From: Marsupella aquatica
Taxonomy: Eukaryota > Plantae > Marchantiophyta
Length of the DNA stretch: 64,000 nucleotides
NCBI GenBank assembly: GCA_973895155.1
Contig: OZ316893.1
Span: 6,658,963-6,722,962, forward strand
Reading direction: 5' to 3'
Shown here piece after piece: positions 17,201 to 30,440 of this stretch. The position numbers were made by a program, and so were the translations under genes. A model generated the notes under the pieces. The model made no database searches and was not told the DNA's origin. It saw nothing but the letters and a program-made list of their open reading frames with translations. Every line of letters begins with the position of its first letter. Within the stretch, counting starts at the first letter, position 1.

Positions 17201-18286
17201 GGAAGAAATTTGGTAGGTGCCTCGTCTACAGTATTGACCACAATTCAAAACAACAGTCACTCAACCTCTGTGAGTACAATGAAAACCATGAACTTGAAGA
17301 AATCCATCACCACAAACACACCAAGAAAGTTTCATTCACTAGAAGACAACAGAAGCATGGGGTACTACACACTTTTCATGAATGCCATTCGGGTACAAGC
17401 GGCATGGCCCAGCCAACCCAACAGTTGTAAGCCATCTCCACAAGGAATGACCACTTCCGTCTTTTGAGCATCCCACTGATCAATGGTCTCCACAACCTCA
17501 GCCTGCAAGCTTGCATAGGGTCATTGACTGAGTGAATGAAAAGACATCCCATAGTGGACAAATGCTTTGGGGGACTAAGACATAGAAGTGCATTGAGAAT
17601 AGCAGAGAGACAATCAAGGTGCATAGCGCCTGCTATTGCACAAACATACTGAGTTTAGCAATTTTGAGATTATTTAGGTAGATGAGGCATTTTCACAAAT
17701 CCCTCTAGATGTTGCCTTCAAGTAAAAACCACAATTTAAAGACATTATATTGAATGTGAGGATGAAAAATCACCTTTACAAATATGGTAGGGCGAACATG
17801 TCCATGTTGAATACATTCTTCAACTGTTGCTTGCTCAGGCTCAGAACAAATTGCATGACACCATAATTTCTGGGCTTTGACCTCAAGGGAAGCTGCAAGC
17901 TCTAACTCTGCCACAACACCATGCTTTGCACATCTGGAGGGTGGTCTTGATGTTATGAAAGGTCCATCTTTCAAGAAGCACCAGCCTTTGTCTGTTTCTT
18001 TTAGAGGCTTCCTTAGTTTCTTTGGTATCGTATTAGGAGGTCGCCCAGTTGACCAAAAGGTCTCACTAAAGATAGGTCTTCCCTTGCTATCACCAGACCA
18101 GAGCCACAAACCATCATCTACAGGTTCCTTGGGGCCTTCCTCTTCTTTGGGCTTTCTCTTCTTAGGAAGCCAATCATAGTCTGGCATGGGCTCTTCTTCA
18201 GCTGGCTTCTTGATGTCCTCTTTATTTTCCTCCTTTGCATCCTTTCCTCCCTTTCCTTTAACCCTTCCTGTCTTCTTGGGTCCCAT
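11211..18286 (-). CDS. Uncharacterised ~810-aa protein with Lys/Glu-rich N-terminus, Par3/HAL N-terminal-like domain, Pro-rich linker and probably helical C-terminal part. 18-exon model: 18286-17774, 17502-17373, 17225-17182, 16771-16693, 16263-16171, 15555-15497, 15059-14841, 14733-14706, 14541-14428, 14264-14185, 13811-13757, 13558-13376, 13296-13235, 12999-12901, 12732-12430, 12139-12062, 11721-11659, 11441-11211
   Basis: Hand-spliced exons with AG acceptors and GT donors (one GC) close in phase to 2433 nt without stops. They link ORFs 17705..18286, 14736..15074, 13368..13550, 12247..12738 and 11211..11462. The junctions around 14.7-14.85 kb are the least certain. Confidence 0.8.
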
Positions 18287-21200
18287 AGTTGGCCTGACTA
18301 GATCCCCAGTGCTTTTTTAACTCTATGCAACGTCTCAAATTATCTCAATTCTGTAATTTGTTAAGCAATTGAGGATTTGGAGAAGTGCATGAAGGCCACT
18401 TGAAGGATTTATTTTTTGGGCTGCCTCTCCCTCCCCAATTCAACTGAGCAGAGCATTGAAATATTCTTGATCTGTGAATTCAGACATAGAATTTTTTGAA
18501 AAATTAGGAGATGGCTTCATAACTAAATAATATGCCGTACTCATTGCATGACGACATGTATGCTCTGGGCATACCAAGAATTTGCCTTGATTAGTTTTAC
18601 TTCCAGTTCATATCACTCCTTTGCTTTAAATTTAACAATTTAAAGTGGCAACAACAAGATAATGGAAATTTGTTAAAAAATTAGTTAAATTCCCTGAACA
18701 CAACACATGGTGAAAAATCAATTGCCAGTCAACACATTTTACGACTCCTCTCCAAACAATTCCTTATTCATGAGTTACAGTCACGACTGCTTGGAGGTCA
18801 TTTTCTGGCTGCTTATTCCACCCTAATTTGTGACATGTTTTTCTACATTAGTTTCAAAAACTCACTGCATTTAGAATGTCGTGCTGTCACGACTCCATGC
18901 TCCCAATTCTTTTCATTGTCCTCCTTGCACTGACTGGCTTCTTTCCTTCCAGTTCTCCAGAGAAGAAAGCTGGTAGTCCTTTGTCAGATGCACATTGAAT
19001 GAGGAAGTCCTTTGAACTCCATGCAAAGTGGTTGTTGAGGCCTCTATAATCACACAATGAAACATTAACAAATTATGTCAGAATTGTACAGAAAGCTACG
19101 ATTCTGTCATAGACAGATTTAAAAACCTGAGGCGGTGAAACCAAAATCAGCAGATTGAAGGCAACCAAATTTATTGAAATAAAAATGATATTGAAGAGCT
19201 ATTAAACTTGACAAAACTGAAATTAATGGCAAAATTTTGGAATTGTATACAAAGTGTAGCTCACAAGACTAGAATTAGCTTTGGCTTGCGAAGTGAAACC
19301 AACATACCAAACTTAAAAAAAGTCAGCCAGGAAGTTAAAGAATTATGAACTATGAAGTATGGAGACTTTGCCATCAATACCACTCAGCATAAAATGACCA
19401 AGAGAATCAAGTAGAGAGCAAAAAATCTATCATTCATTCACAAGACATATGGTCCATACTTTTTCTCCAATATGATCACACATGTGGTAAGTTCATATTG
19501 CCAGCTTAAATAATCTCATCTTATTCTCTTATATATAATATAAAGTACACATTTGTATAAACAACAAGGTACTTATTAGTGTTGACTCAGAGCATGAATG
19601 TCAAAAAGTGGCCTTTTGCGCCTTGTTGCAGGAATACCATATCAGGCCCAGATGACCGGTTTGGGCAAACCTGTGGGCAAACTGTTAGCACCTCTAAAAC
19701 AAACCTACGACTTCTAATGTCAGTTTATCAGTATATGCAATCTCATTGGATTATGTGCATAGTGTTAACTAAGTGTATAGCCTTTCTTAGTTTGAGTACA
19801 AAGTGCACTTATCTAAGTCGTCGTTTAGCTAAATGATTTCAGGTCTGTTTGCCCTTAGACAAGGTGAACAAAATGCAAACTTTTTGTAAAATGAGAAGGA
19901 AAGATAGGATGCCTTGTATTAAACCAAATTTGGCTCTTATGGAGTTTGCTCTTGGAGAGAACCAATTGTACATTGGGGCAAGGGTCACTACTCTGTAGAG
20001 AAGGACCTGACTGACACAAGCCAAGGATTGTATTGACATATACATTATGCCAGGGTGTGTACAGGCAAGGACAATGGGAGGATAGAGTGGGAAATCCATT
20101 GAGGATTGGACTATATGGAATGTATCCAGGGAAGAATCAAAAAGGATTCTTTGTACTCCTTAGCTGTTTGCCGTGCATTGTTAATTTTTTCCTTCTAAGC
20201 TATGTTTCTCTAGATTTTTCTGGCACCGGACACAACAAATTCAAATGACAACCATGCCATAAAAAGAGGCAATCTTGTATTATACTTTTTGATGAGTGTC
20301 GTGGTTTGCACAATTTTGTCAATATCAAGTGATGTTTAGCAGAGGTATTGTCAAACATTGAAGTGAGATAATGACCAGACAATCCAACACTGGAGGGAGT
20401 TGGCAACTAGATTTCAAGGAGTGTGCAAGCTGCTAGGAGAGTTACAGGTTGGGCATAGAAATGGTGCACAATGACACCTTTAAGTCCATTGCATCATTAG
20501 CAAAAAATGTTACAGTAATCCAATAGCCAAGGAGGCTTCCGGGCTCCAAAATGACATCATGTAAACTGACCATGAGGAAAATATTGTTAGGGTTAACTCA
20601 TTAACTCCTAGTCTTGGGTTTACCTATCATAGTTTAGTCAACACTAGGGCCTTATTAATGGTGGTTAGATGCAACCAGACGTGCCTAGGATGTAGAGGAG
20701 CAAGGAGAGCTCCTTATTAGAGTCATGCCCATTTGTGAGGGAGCAAGCTACACTGTTCATCATAATTGGTCTTATCTCAGAATTAGTGAAAGCCCATAAT
20801 TAATGTTGGTTACACTATTCAAGAGTGGCACCAGTTTGCATAGAAAATTTCACTAAATATGGTGGCTTTTTTGGGCTAAGACTTTCTGGTTGAAATCCAT
20901 GAACAAGAGCAATTCGCGTTTGTCATATCCGTTGATCCTGATTTGTGCATGCGGCCATTGTCTGGCAAGTAGTGTTGACTTTTGATTCACTCATACTGTG
21001 CTCCCTACCTAGGTATAGCTTTCCCTTTTCTACTGAAAGTTGCACGGAGTATTAAAACAGGCGCTATTCTAAGTGTGTAACTCTCCTTTTTCTGGTGATC
21101 CTGGATGCATGAAACATACACATGTCCCTGGTTGAGACTTTTGTTTTCTAGTGATCCATGGTACATGAAATTGGCTCTGTTCCCGGCTGTCCGAGGAAAG

Positions 21201-22084
21201 GGAAGATGCCTTTGTATATGTGCAAGGGAACACTCCATTGCTTGAATAAAGAACTCAATTTGATTTTATAAACGAACGTGTCAGCTGATTGAGGATGCAT
21301 GGCGTTTGCGTGTATCAAAGTTCCTCTATTTTCCCCAGGGATGCAACTTTCCCTACACAGAAATACAAAATAATGAGAAAACCACATTTGAAATCAATAA
21401 CTCCAAATAGTGTTATGCACTGAGGGAAATTAGTAAATTACTTTTACTTCCCAAAGAGTGTTATCCTTGGGGTTATCCTCAACCAGAATTGGTATTTCCT
21501 AGACTCCCAAATAGCTCGCTAAATAGTGTTATATAAATCCGGAATTATATTACACTAATGTTAATTAATGTGTACACTATTAATGTTAGTTTGTAATTAG
21601 CATTCGTGATATTAATTTGGGAGTAAGCTCCAAAATTTTGGGCTACACAAATAGTATTACTAAGACCAATTGCAGTGAACAATGTAGGAGCTAGGCTAGC
21701 AATCTTGCAACTTGTACTTGGAGGGTTGGTGTGGTTATGGTGGCCAAAGCATAGTAAAGCTCTGGTATTCCCGTGGACATGGCCTTGACAAAGGTGAACC
21801 TTCTATGATGTTGGTGTGATGTGTGCTTGCTGATTTTTTGTGTATGATGTTGCCATTTTCCTCAGCAAAATGCAGAGTACCAAGCAGTATTCTCTCCTTC
21901 CCATCCACGAGCATGAAGGAGGGCTAGGACCCACAATATAATTGCACTATTGGAGAAAGTTAGTAATAAAATAAAATCTCAATTACTAAATAATAGAAAA
22001 CTTTGAAAATTGATTAAAACTGAATAAATCAAGTTATAATGATGACTGCCGTGCATGGATGGAACAAGGAAGGGTGAGCATCAA

Positions 22085-22870
22085 GTAGCATCTTTTTGCA
22101 AACTATATCTTTAGTGCAATGTCATCTTTTCCAAAACTATCATCTTTTACACAACATTATCTTTGCCCAATGACATCTTCGTTACAAACAACAACTTTTA
22201 CAACGCATCTTTTGGGCAACTGGCAACATATTTTACACAAGTATATTTATTGTGTAATATCATCCTTTCGACCAATGACACCGCTCACACACTGACTTCT
22301 TTTACGTACCCACATCTTCGTACAATAATATCATTTTTGTAAACAACGTCATTCACACAACTATATCTTTTTGGAACAACATATTCTTGCAGATGATACC
22401 TTTTGCCCAACCAAATCTTTTCGCAAACAACATCTTTTACACAATAATTTCTTTTTTGTAACTCTTGGGCAAGGTCATTGTTTCCACAATTGACATCTTT
22501 TGTGCAATACATTTCTTTCCACATCATGACATCTTTTGTGCAATGACATATATTTCACATGGGACATCTTTTGATTACCTAGACCTTGTGTGGGTTGGTA
22601 TTGAGCTAGATGAATTTGGAAAAAATTCTTTAGAAAATCTAATTAATCTATGGGGGGCCAATACTTTTGATGAATTTCTCATCAGTAAAAAGCAAATTGT
22701 GCAAAAGCTTCCAACTCTTCAAAATTGGGCCATAATTGTAGCTCATCATACCCATTCCATGCCCCCCATCCATACTTTCTGTGAAATGACATCTCACGTT
22801 CCACATCATTTACACATCATAACATCTTTTTTGCAATGACCCATATTTCACATGCGACATCTTTTGATGA
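22085..22870. repeat. Degenerate ~20-bp minisatellite (TGACATCTTTTGTGCAA-like), probably transposon-derived
   Basis: Many ACATCTTT(T)-like cores; TGTGGGTTGGTATTGAGCTA occurs at ~22589 and ~22891. Confidence 0.6.
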
Positions 22871-23568
22871 CCTACTGTACACCTTCCTTCTGTGGGTTGG
22901 TATTGAGCTACGGTAGTATATATATATATAATTACTTGCTGAGGAAGACCATAGAACGAAACGGGGAGTGCCTGCCTGAGTGGAGCAGAAATGACCCACC
23001 AGGCTCGATTCCTATCTAACGAGCAATAATCCCCGAGCAAATCTCGCCGACGAGACGGAACAAAAGGGACGAATCCACGAAGGGGAGGAGGAAAGGACGT
23101 GAATACGAGAAGCTCTGATGAGAGAACCGTAATTCGTGCTCACTTGCAGCGAGCACTGAGTTCATGGACGATGGCCGAGGGAGTGCAACAGCCGGACGAG
23201 GAATCGCCCGCAGCAGCAGGAGCAGCAGCAGAGCATGTGTATGATTGGGTCTGAGCAGAGGAACGGGGGCGTGACAAATATGGCGGATGATGAGAACAGA
23301 GTCTCGCTGCTCTGCTGATTTCGTCCTTGAAGAGTTGAAACGATCGAGCCTCATTCCGAGAAAGCACAATGTCTTTGCCCCCTTGGTGTGCGGATCGATG
23401 AGGAATTGAGGACTGGTGCGAGGGCGGATGACAGACATTGTGGGTTGTAGTCGTTGCTGTAGAGGCTCGATTGAGTTGCTGTTATAGGTGGCGCTGTTCG
23501 CAACAATTTGCGAAACTCTGCCTTGAATTTCGAAGAGCGGGGAGGATTTGGAAGGCTACAGTGGCACG

Positions 23569-26500
23569 ATGGGGTCGTCACCATCGCCGTCGCTGAAGAA
23601 GAAAGTCATCATCGACACGGATCCTGGCATTGGTGTGGTAGCTATCCTCCCCGGTCGTTTCCATCCTCTGGCAATGTCACTTGACTTTGTGTTGCAAGCA
23701 GGAAATTGATTGCCGTTGTCATGTGCTATTGGGTCTTAAAACAATTTGAGAGTAAGAAAAGTAAATTTGAACATTTTTGACGCGGGGACACACGGGCCAC
23801 ACATGTACATCATCCCGCATGCGGCTGCATTAGCTTGTCCATTTCACCTAGGGTTTGTTATTGACACATTAAGACTCCAGACCAGATGCTTCACTGCAAA
23901 TTGGTTATGTCTTTCAGCGTTTGTGTTCGCAGATATTGTGAATTGTCTTGCCTTATTGCTGAGAAATGCGATGGAATGATGTGTGTATCTTTCTCGTCGA
24001 GAGGGACTCTCCAATCCCCGCTAGCAATTCGAGGAAATGGTAGATTATATCTCTGTTATTAGGCCCTGAGTTTTAAAAGCATGAGCAAAATCTTTACGTG
24101 GTGACCAAGCTGGGCGCGTCACACTCTAGTGACGAGAGCTCAGAGGATGAGGCAAGCTGACTCGTTTTGGATTTGGCAGATGATGCGATAGCGATTCTTA
24201 TGGCCTTTCAGTCTCCGGAGCTGGAGATAATCGGCCTCACAACTGTGTTTGGCAATGTTCATGCAACATTGGCTACCTTTAACGCCTTATTCCTGGTAAA
24301 TGCTCGATGTTCTTTTCTGCTTTCAAACAAGGCGTAATTTATTTCGAAGACTACTACGAAAGTCCTCTCAAGGCAGCTGAAATTTAGGCCGGGAAAAGGG
24401 TGGAATGAGTGAATTTGGCATGGCACCGATTTTGGATGCTCCTCTTTGGTACAGGTCTGACTTGGGCTGGAACTGCTGAATGTGAAACTTTCCTCCACAT
24501 GTCACAGTTTCTGCCGGTTATTAATGCTAGTTTGCACTGGTTCTAATGACAGTGTGAACTTGGAGGACATCCTCACGTCCCTGTAGCGGAGGGCAGCAGT
24601 TCGCCTTTGAAGGTAGCATGCTTACGGTCATCACCCACCCACTATATCGAATTTTCCGTTGTATCCAGTGTCGAATTCGACTTCGTGTGAGTTTGATTAG
24701 CATTGCAGATCACAAAACAAGTGACTGCTTTATTTCCAGATCTTCTTTTAGATATCCACTGCATACAAGACATTGTTTGACGATAATGGGGCAAGGGGAT
24801 GTTTACGGACCTGGCTGTCCTTGACGTGCAGTTATTTTGTCGAGCGTTCTCGTAGGAATGATTTCAACAACTTCTAGTGTGGTGGGCATGTTTTTCCCCT
24901 GGCGTGATAGGAATGGAGAGGTCTTTCGTGAACTTTTCGTTCTGGGTCTTTCATTGGTGGGAGGACCCTTGGGTATGCAGTAAACTGCCTTAGAAATGAT
25001 CTGGTTCGTTTTGCAAACTTAGTGGTGAGTGGCTCTTATGGATACCAATGTTTCTTCTGTGTAGGGTGGAGTTCCTCGGATTGCAGACTTTGTTCATGGA
25101 GACGATGGACTCGGTAATACTAACTTGGCAAAAGCCTGTAATAAGAAAATCGAGCAGAGTGCAGTGGACTTTCTTATTGAAAAAGTCTCTCAATATCCTG
25201 GGGAAATTAGCATTGTCGCCTTGGGGCCTTTGACAAATGTGGCACATGTGAGGCAGACTTTCCTTAGTGACTTTCGTCTCGTCTCGTCTGCTCTGCTCTG
25301 CTCTGCTCTGCTCTGCTCTGCTCTGCTTCTTGGTGCATCACTCCTAATGATCTAAAATCCGGAGCAATGCCGTGCCAGACTTGATCTTTGGATGCTGATT
25401 GCCTAGATGGATACCATTGAGCGTCCATCATATATTTTCTGTTTGGTCTGTCTATTTCCTTTGCCTGACATCCAGAAATATAACTTGTGCGTCCTTATTC
25501 AATTTTTTAGGCCATCAAGAAGGACCCTTCATTTGGAAAAAATATACATCAGCTGATCGTTTTGGGAGGAGCATTCTTTACATCTGGCAACGTGAATCCT
25601 GCAGCTGAGGCAAATGTAAGCTTTCTTGCAAGTTGTCTTACGTTGCAGTAGTACCGTCTTTTTGGGGTAACAAGTGTTTTGTTATTTTAGTTTTGATAAT
25701 GACAACTCTTTCTCGCAGCTGATGGTTTTCCAGTTTAGATATTGCATATAGTGACACTGCATTGTGGAGCTCGTGTAGCATGTTCCTTGCACGAGGTGGA
25801 AGAACTTTATCTGAAACCTTCGCGCGCTGTGGGCAGATGTTTAGTGATCCTGAGGCAGCAGACTTCGTCTTCACAACTCCTGGGATCAATACCTTTGTGA
25901 TTGGTATCAACTTGACTACACAAGTTATCTTAACAGGTACTCACACCACACTAAAGGCACTGTGAAGGGTGCGTAAGGACTTTTGTCAAGGATCTCTGGA
26001 ACGTCGATGGGGAGCTGTATCAAGGGGGCCAGCCATGTTCTAAAATTTTCATCAGCCCGGACTGAAGATCTTATCTCTCGATAACTGTTTCCACGCGAAG
26101 CTGTTATGCTCTAATATGTCACCCCTGCGGTCAGCTATTCGGAATTCTCATTGTAAATGGTTGTCCTCTCTCTCTGCAGATGAAGATCTGATTGAGATCA
26201 AGCAGTCCAAAGGAAGATATGGAGAGTTTCTGTTCGATTGTACCCGATTTTACAAAAAGTGGCACGTACAGTCAGACAGACTACATGGTATGCTTGTCAC
26301 TTTCTGTCTGTGCCGAGGGTATTTATATCGATAAAAGGGTAGCGAAAGTTTACGATTGAGGTTTGACTAACAGCTTTATCTTGCCCTGCTTTTCTAATTG
26401 TGGAAGTTCTTTGGATTCTTCGAGTGGGCGCAACTGTCAATATTTAAGATTTGGAATGTCGATTCGACTGATGAGCTGCTCAGGGAAGATGATGATTCCT

Positions 26501-27112
26501 GTTCCATGCACAACAAGTTCTTGGGGATTGTAAATGTTTGCATCAAGTGTGGTTTTGTGATATCTTTCATCATACCGTTTGTGCTGTGAGTTTAATCTCA
26601 CAGTGGGTTGGTTGTGGGTATGGGAATCCTGGGATGCCCATTTGTTTTTCCGAGGATGGAACAGTCGCAGTTGGAATAATAAGCAGAGGATTGGTTTCAC
26701 TTTTGCAGGGATATTTATGCACGACCCAACGTGTATGGCTGCCGTGCTGGACCCAACGCTGTTTACGTATCGCAAGGGAGCGGTTAGGGTGGAAACTTGT
26801 GGCATTTCTGTTGGCCATACACTGCTAGACCTCGGCCTTAAGAAGTACGTGGTGTAATCAAGGCTTCGTTTGGATACCGTTAAGCGCGCTGCAAATAATT
26901 ATTACTCGTGCTTGACTACAATAAGACGCACAAATTCGGCTCAGGTTTAGGACTAAACGCATTAACACGAACCGGTTTGATTGTATTTTGTCTGTATCAG
27001 ATGGAGATGGGGTGAAAATCCTTGGAAAAACGCACCAGCGGTGAATGTGGGTTGGAGAGTGAATGCCGAGGGTGTTAAAACGTTAGTGAAAAATATTCTT
27101 CTGAGACAATAG
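23569..27112 (+). CDS. URH1: Nucleoside N-ribohydrolase (IU-NH family, uridine/xanthosine-type like AtNSH1/URH1), 9 exons: 23569-23632, 24180-24295, 24553-24612, 25065-25247, 25511-25615, 25837-25936, 26180-26287, 26709-26844, 27001-27112
   Basis: DTDPGIDD Ca-binding motif across intron 1; TTVFGNV, FVHGDDGLGN, ALGPLTN, GNVNPAAEAN, DPEAAD, HDP. KWHVQSD carries the Asp typical of the NSH1-type subclass. All introns are GT-AG and in phase. Confidence 0.93.
25277..25327. repeat. (CTCTG)n pentanucleotide microsatellite in intron 4 of the nucleoside hydrolase
   Basis: TCTCGTCTCGTCTGCTCTGCTCTGCTCTGCTCTG... run. Confidence 0.85.
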
Positions 27113-27872
27113 CAACGCCTCTTCTGATTTCTCTAGGTACCTTTTCCTTTTCAATCGAACAAGTACAAAAGTGTATATGTATATCTCAAATTGAGTTTGC
27201 AACTCAGATCATTGTCTCAATGGTTGTTCACTATGACGTGTCAAGTTAGTAAAGGACGGATGATTAGCTTACACGATGCCGAGGTATAAATAGGATTAGT
27301 CAGGACGGGGATGTAGTTTCCAGCAGGCAACCTACTTGGTAGGTGTTAAGAGTCAGCGTGGATGTTAGCTAGCTGGGCTGCAGATTACCTCAGCAACATT
27401 TATGTTCTACCGGATGGAGATCTTTGGCAGATGATTTATTTTCTTCAAGTATATGCTTGCTTAAAAAGTATCATATCATGCGGCTAGCAAGCCCTCAATT
27501 GTTAGGTAGACCGAAGTTCAGTAAGAGAGAGGTTCTGTCACATTCCTTTCTACTATGTCAGACATGGATCAAGATAGCCAAAGTTAGCAGGATTTGGATG
27601 CAAAGAATTCTCTTAGGTTACTTTGCAGTGATGGGTCAAAAAGTGCAATTGACAGATGTTCACCACTGTGATCGGAAGCAAGTGTCCCGGACTTTCAACT
27701 ATCTGGATAATGAACTGCGACGGTCAGTGCCAGAACATTTTACTGTTGTGCTTGACCCCGCAGACAAATCCGCCTCAGAAAATCCATGGCAGTCTGATCT
27801 TCACTATTGCACTCGAATCTGTGCAAAAGCTGAGCTCTTATGCATACTCCAAGCATGAGCTGAAATCTTTTC

Positions 27873-28714
27873 ACCTTGCATTAAATCTACAATGCATTAA
27901 TGTTCTCCCATTTTCATGGGGCATTAATGTTCCCCCATTTTCATGGGGCCCTGTACATTGCCCGTCCCAATCCTCCATGTTGTTGTCTGCTGTGATCGAG
28001 TTGTTAAAACATAAACCAAGACTACCATTTTGTCATACCATTTTGTCATCTGTTCTAGCCTGCTCAACTTTGTGTCATCAATTTCAGATTTATGTTCTGA
28101 TACCCTTCAGTTGTTGTCACCTACTTAGGCCCAAGTCCCCAATGTTGTAGTTTGCTTCAACCCAAGTTTGTCTAAACATAAACCAAGACTCTCATTAATC
28201 ATGATTTTTATCTAATGTACTAAGTTTTGCTTGAACATTTAGACTCTATTACTAGACAGACATGGCTCCATTGGAAAGAAGTGATGACAAAACATAAACC
28301 ACTACTCCATAGAAAAGAAGCATTTGACAAAACTTCAATCAAGACTTTACAATTATGACTCTTAACCAAAATACTAGGCCTTGTAACACTTAGACTCTGT
28401 CATGGAGCAAGTATGACTACTTCCAGTAGTTGTGCCAGAACATAAACCATAACCCCACAAAGTAGAAGTTGATGGCACAAAGTAGGTTGGGACAGAGTGT
28501 GCAACAACAAGTGAAGGGTGCCAGAACATCAACCCCAAGTCAATGACACAAAGTTAATTGGACTCCAGAATGGGTGACAAAATGATAGACTCTTGGTTTA
28601 AGTTTTGGCAAACTTGGGCCGGAGTGGGCAGCAACATTGGGGACTCGGATGGCCAGTGTATAGGGGCCCAGGAAAATGGGGGATCATTAACTCAGTGTGG
28701 ATTTAAGGTGCGGT
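27873..28714. mobile_element. Non-autonomous Mutator-like element (MULE), 842 bp, long diverged TIRs, 9-bp TSD AATCTTTTC
   Basis: Identical AATCTTTTC at 27864-27872 and 28715-28723. The first ~250 bp are an imperfect reverse complement of the last ~250 bp (e.g. TTAATGTTCCCCCATTTTCATGGGGCCC vs GGGCCCAGGAAAATGGGGGATCATTAA). Confidence 0.85.
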
Positions 28715-29754
28715 AATCTTTTCCTCTGATAGTTCACAAAACCTTGCCAAGAATGTCAAGGGGTGACTCAGTCAACTGTACTATAAATAGATATTTTAGT
28801 TAATTTGACTATGTGGTCATCATGTCATGAACATTAGCACAGACTATTTGAAGTCATAACATACAATGTTGTTGCATAAATTTCACTTACACTGACCACC
28901 ACCAAAAGGGTCCCAATAATTGCATATTAAAATATGACAAATACAGTCTACGACATCCCTCCATACGATGCTTTTTTTTGTTTGGAAAAGGGGGGGTGCA
29001 AGGACCCATCAATAACACTCATGGGGAGGAATGCCACCCATAAGGAAACAAATGGGCCCAACACCCGGGGCCAGTGACCCCAAAAAACAACCACCCTAGT
29101 CAGGCCAGACAGCCCAACAACACCACCGGAGACTCTCCACATTGGAGAACCTGGAATGCAGCAAACTACCCTTCTTACTTCCCTCCCTATGGATCCTGAT
29201 AGATGATAAACTTGGTTATTTTCTTTATTAAATCAATGAGTGCACATCTTATATTAGAGGTATATGCTTAATCAACCCCCTCTGGACTGTTTCCTACTTA
29301 ATCTACCCCCTATGTTCAGATCTGCCCCAATTGACCCCCTTTGACAATTTCTTACAAATACTTCTTGTGAGGAGCACTAGAGGGAGACTTTACCGCAACG
29401 AACTCTAATTTTCTATCATATGAGCCTGTGGTACGCCGCAATTGTGTCAAGATAGGAGTCGGCCCACAATCCGTGCGTGATAAGAATGACACCGGATGCA
29501 GTCGTGAGTACTTTTGTGTTTGAAGACAAAACTAGTATTGTCTTCCTTTGTTTAGGGGTTAGTCTCCAATTTTCTGAAATTTAAACTTAATAAAACTACG
29601 CTCCTCTCCATAATGTTCATATACAACTGCCCTGTTGAGAATCTTTATCAGACAAATCTATTTTTGGATATTCCACTAGAGAGATATCTATTTTTGGATC
29701 TCCTCCCAGGCAAATGTTATTGGATTTCTTTGACATATAGATTATTATGAATAG

Positions 29755-30440
29755 GATAATGGTCTGGTTAGAGGGCATTATGAGATATAATGCACTGAAA
29801 AATGAGGGCAACGAGGGCTGCAGCCCAAGTTTTGAGGGTATTACTCTCATAATGCCAGTAATTAGGACATTAATGTGCATAAAAACTTGAGTGATTTTTT
29901 GGTAATAAATAATAAAAAGTGAATCTCTGAATAGAAAATCTCAGCAAAAGTTCATGCAATTGGCCCAAGGCATGAAAGAAGTAAAAAAACAAATCTTATG
30001 ATTTTGATACAAGTTATTATGTTTATTTGGTAAAACTATATTTGTGTTTTACTTTTCCTATTTTTATGATACTTCACATAATGCCCTCCTCAAAAGAAGA
30101 GAGGCTACATGAATAAGATAATGTCCTGGGTTAGAGGGCATTATGAGACATTATTCTCATAATGCCAGTAACTAGGACATTAATTTGCGTAAAAATTTGT
30201 TGAGTGATTTTTGGTAACAAACAAGAAAAGGTGAATCTATGAATAGAAAATGCATAGAAAATACAAGCCAAAGGGCCTACAATTGGTCAAAGGCATGAAA
30301 AAAGTAAAAAAAAAATCTTGTAATTGTGATACAAGTTATTATGTTATTTTATTTGATAACACTACACATTTGGGTTTTATTTTTCCTATTTTTGTGATAT
30401 TTCACATAATGCTCTCCCCAAAAGAAGGGAGGCTGTACAG
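29755..30440. repeat. Diverged tandem duplication of a ~330-360-bp AT-rich unit
   Basis: GGTTAGAGGGCATTATGAGA, CTCATAATGCCAGTAA and GATACAAGTTATTATGTT each occur twice, ~320-365 bp apart. Confidence 0.75.

Noticed and set aside
23016-23584. Minus-strand ORFs upstream of the nucleoside hydrolase
   Set aside because: No homology recognised; best explained as stop-poor GC-rich 5' leader or promoter sequence.
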